This document shows positions 61,102 to 64,000 of a stretch of DNA of 64,000 nt, piece after piece (the first letter of the stretch is position 1; the number at the start of each line of letters is the position of its first letter). Made by a program: the position numbers and the translations under genes. This DNA comes from Eledone cirrhosa (Eukaryota), in contig OZ024745.1 of NCBI GenBank assembly GCA_964016885.1, forward strand, positions 868,001 through 932,000, given 5' to 3'. Below the pieces are notes generated by a model. That model saw nothing but the letters and a program-made list of their open reading frames with translations, searched no databases and was not told where the DNA came from.

Positions 61102-64000
61102 ACAGTGTACCTATTCTAAACTAGATATAGATGGTATTACAACATACAGGGATACAGTGTACCTATTCTAAACTAGGTATATATGGTATTACAAAATACA
61201 GGGATACAGTGTACCTATTCTAAACCAGGTATACATGGTATTAACACATACAGAGATACAGTGTACCTATTCTAAACTAGATATATATGGTATTACAACA
61301 TACAGGGATACAGTGTACCTATTCTAAACTAGATATACATGGTATTACAACATACAGGGATACAGTGTACCTCTTCTAAACTAGATATACATGGTATTAC
61401 AACATACAGGGATACAGTGTACCTATTCTAAACTAGATATACATGGTCTTACAACATACAGGGATACAGTGTACCTATTCTAAACTAGATATACATGGTA
61501 TTACAACATACAGGGATACAGTGTACCTATTCTAAACTAGATATACATGGTCTTACAACATACAGGGATACAGTGTACCTATTCTAAACTAGATATACAT
61601 GGTATTACAACATACAGGGATACAGTGTACCTATTCTAAACTAGATATATATGGTATTACAACATACAGGGATACAGTGTACCTATTCTAAACTAGATAT
61701 ACATGGTATTACAACATACAGGGATACAGTGTACCTATTCTAAACTAGATATACATGGTATTACAACATACAGGGATACAGTGTACCTATTCTAAACTAG
61801 ATATACATGGTCTTACAACATACAAGGATACAGTGTACCTATTCTAAACTAGATATACATGGTATTACAACATACAGGGATACAGTGTACCTATTCTAAA
61901 CTAGATATACATGGTCTTACAACATACAGGGATACAGTGTACCTATTCTAAACTAGATATACATGGTATTACAACATACAGGGATACAGTGTACCTATTC
62001 TAAACTAGATATATATGGTATTACAACATACAGGGATAGTGTACCTGGTATTACAACATACAGGGATACAGTGTACCTATTCTAAACTAGATATACATGG
62101 TATTACAACATACAGGGATACAGTGTACCTATTCTAAACTAGATGTACATGGTATTACAACATACAGGGATACAGTGTACCTATTCTAAACTAGATATAC
62201 ATGGTAGTATGACATACAGGATTACAGTGTACCTATTCTAAACTAGATATACATGGTATTACAACATACAGGGATACAGTGTACCTATTCTAAACTAGAT
62301 ATACATGGTATTACAACATACAGGGATACAGTGTACCTATTCTAAACTAGATATACATGGTATTACAACATACAGGGATACAGTGTACCTATTCTAAACT
62401 AGATATACATGGTATTATGACATACAGGGATAAAGCGTACCTATTCTAAAGTAGATATATATGGTCTTACAACATACAGGGATACATGGTAGCTATTCTA
62501 AACTAGATATACATGGTATTATGACATACAGGGATACAGTGTACCTATTCTAAACTAGATATACATGGTATTACAACATACAGGGATACAGTGTACCTAT
62601 TCTAAACTAGATATATATGGTATTACAACATACAGAGATACAGTGTACCTATTCTAAACTAGATATATATGGTCTTATGACATACAGGGATACAGTGTAC
62701 CTATTCTAAACTAGATATATATGGTCTTACAACATACAGGGATGCAGTGTACCTATTCTAAACTAGATATATATGGTATTACATCATACAGGGATACAGT
62801 GTACCTATTCTAAACTAGATATATATGGTATTACAACATACAGGGATACAGTGTACCTATTCTAAGCTAGATATATATGGTATTACAACATACAGGGATA
62901 CAGTGTACCTATTCTAAACTAGATATATATGGTATTACAACATACAGGGATACAGTGTATCTATTCTAAACTAGATATATATGGTATTACAACATACAGG
63001 GATACAGTGTACCTATTCTAAACTAGATATATATGGTATTACAACATACAGGGATACAGTGTACCTATTCTAAACTAGATATATATGGTATTACAACATA
63101 CAGGGATACAGTGTACCTATTCTAAGCTAGATATACATGGTATTACAACATACAGGGATACAGTGTACCTATTCTAATCTAGATATATATGGTATTACAA
63201 CATACAGGGATACAGTGTACCTATTCTAAACTAGATATATATAGTATTACAACATACAGGGATACAGTGTACCTATTCTAAACTAGATATATATGGTATT
63301 ACAACATACAGGTATACATTGTACCTATTCTAAACTAGGTATATATGGTATTACAACATACAGGGATACAGTGTAACTATTCTAAACTAGATATACATGG
63401 TATTACAACATACAGGGATACAGTGTACCTATTTTAAACTAGATATACATGGTAGTATGACATACAGGGATACAGCGTACCTATTCTAAACTAGATATAC
63501 ATGGTCTTACAACATACAGGGATACAGTGTACCTATTCTAAACTAGATATACATGGTATTATGACATACAGGGATACAGTGTACCTTATTCTAAACTAGA
63601 TATACATGGTCTTATGACGTACAGGGATACAGTGTACCTATTCTAAACTAGATATACATGGTCTTACAACATACAGGGATACAGTGTACCTATTCTAAAT
63701 TAAATATATATGGTCTTATGACATACAGGGATACAGTGTACCTATTCTAAACTAGATATACATGGTATTACAACATACAGGGATACAGTGTACCTATTCT
63801 AAACTAGATATATATGGTATTACAACATACAGAGATACAGTGTACCTATAATAAAATAGATATACATGGTATTATGACATACAGGGATACAGTGTACCTA
63901 TTCTAAATTTGATATACATGGTATTACAACATACAGAGATACAGTGTACATATTCTAAACTAGATATACATGGTCTTACATCATCCAGGGATACAGAGCA

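Larger units (their letters stand above)
1..63996 (+). repeat. 52-bp tandem satellite DNA array, 1239 complete head-to-tail monomers, single orientation
   Basis: ACAGTGTACC recurs at 1, 53, 105 and so on. The consensus is ACAGTGTACCTATTCTAAACTAGATATACATGGTATTACAACATACAGGGAT (A20 T15 C9 G8). Most monomers differ from it by 0-3 substitutions. Correcting for the indels seen, (63992+436)/52 = 1239 exactly, so no foreign insertion is present. Confidence 0.99.

Noticed and set aside
1-64000. CRISPR array or other repeat-spacer system
   Set aside because: There are no unique spacers. The entire 52 bp is repeated with only point variants, and there is no leader or cas gene.
1-64000. Long repetitive protein-coding gene
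   Set aside because: 52 is not a multiple of 3, so plus-strand reading cycles through all frames and meets TAA/TAG twice per 156 bp. The ORF track shows nothing on the minus strand.
1-64000. Telomerase-type telomeric repeat or G-quadruplex array
   Set aside because: There is only one GGG per 52 bp, no G-rich strand bias (G8, C9), and the unit is far longer than typical telomerase repeats. A subtelomeric location cannot be excluded.
1-64000. tRNA, 5S or snRNA tandem gene cluster, or transposon insertion/inversion
   Set aside because: The unit is too short and has no recognisable Pol III boxes or cloverleaf. Monomer phase is fully accounted for across the window with no foreign or reverse-strand segment.

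Overview
The whole 64 kb window is one uninterrupted, single-orientation tandem satellite array. The monomer is 52 bp and about 33% GC (consensus ACAGTGTACCTATTCTAAACTAGATATACATGGTATTACAACATACAGGGAT). Phase bookkeeping gives 1239 complete monomers plus 8 bp: 21 monomers carry a 20-bp deletion, 8 carry a 2-bp deletion, and there is one 1-bp deletion and one 1-bp insertion. I found no credible genes, RNA genes, transposons or CRISPR spacers, and the single ORF is a repeat artefact. The information lies in the order of variant monomers. They define an unusually long higher-order repeat (HOR) of about 66 monomers (3412 bp) with two subtypes. Nested recent duplications are layered on top, with offsets of 11079, 7202 (5020+2182), about 5524, 4224, 2684, 1560 and 260 bp, plus a nascent 4-mer/7-mer HOR near 60 kb. 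Variant alleles show CA/CG/TG series consistent with CpG methylation decay, and the last bases may mark the edge of the array. This looks like eukaryotic (peri)centromeric or other heterochromatic satellite DNA, which is an inference. The organism and function cannot be determined from the sequence alone.
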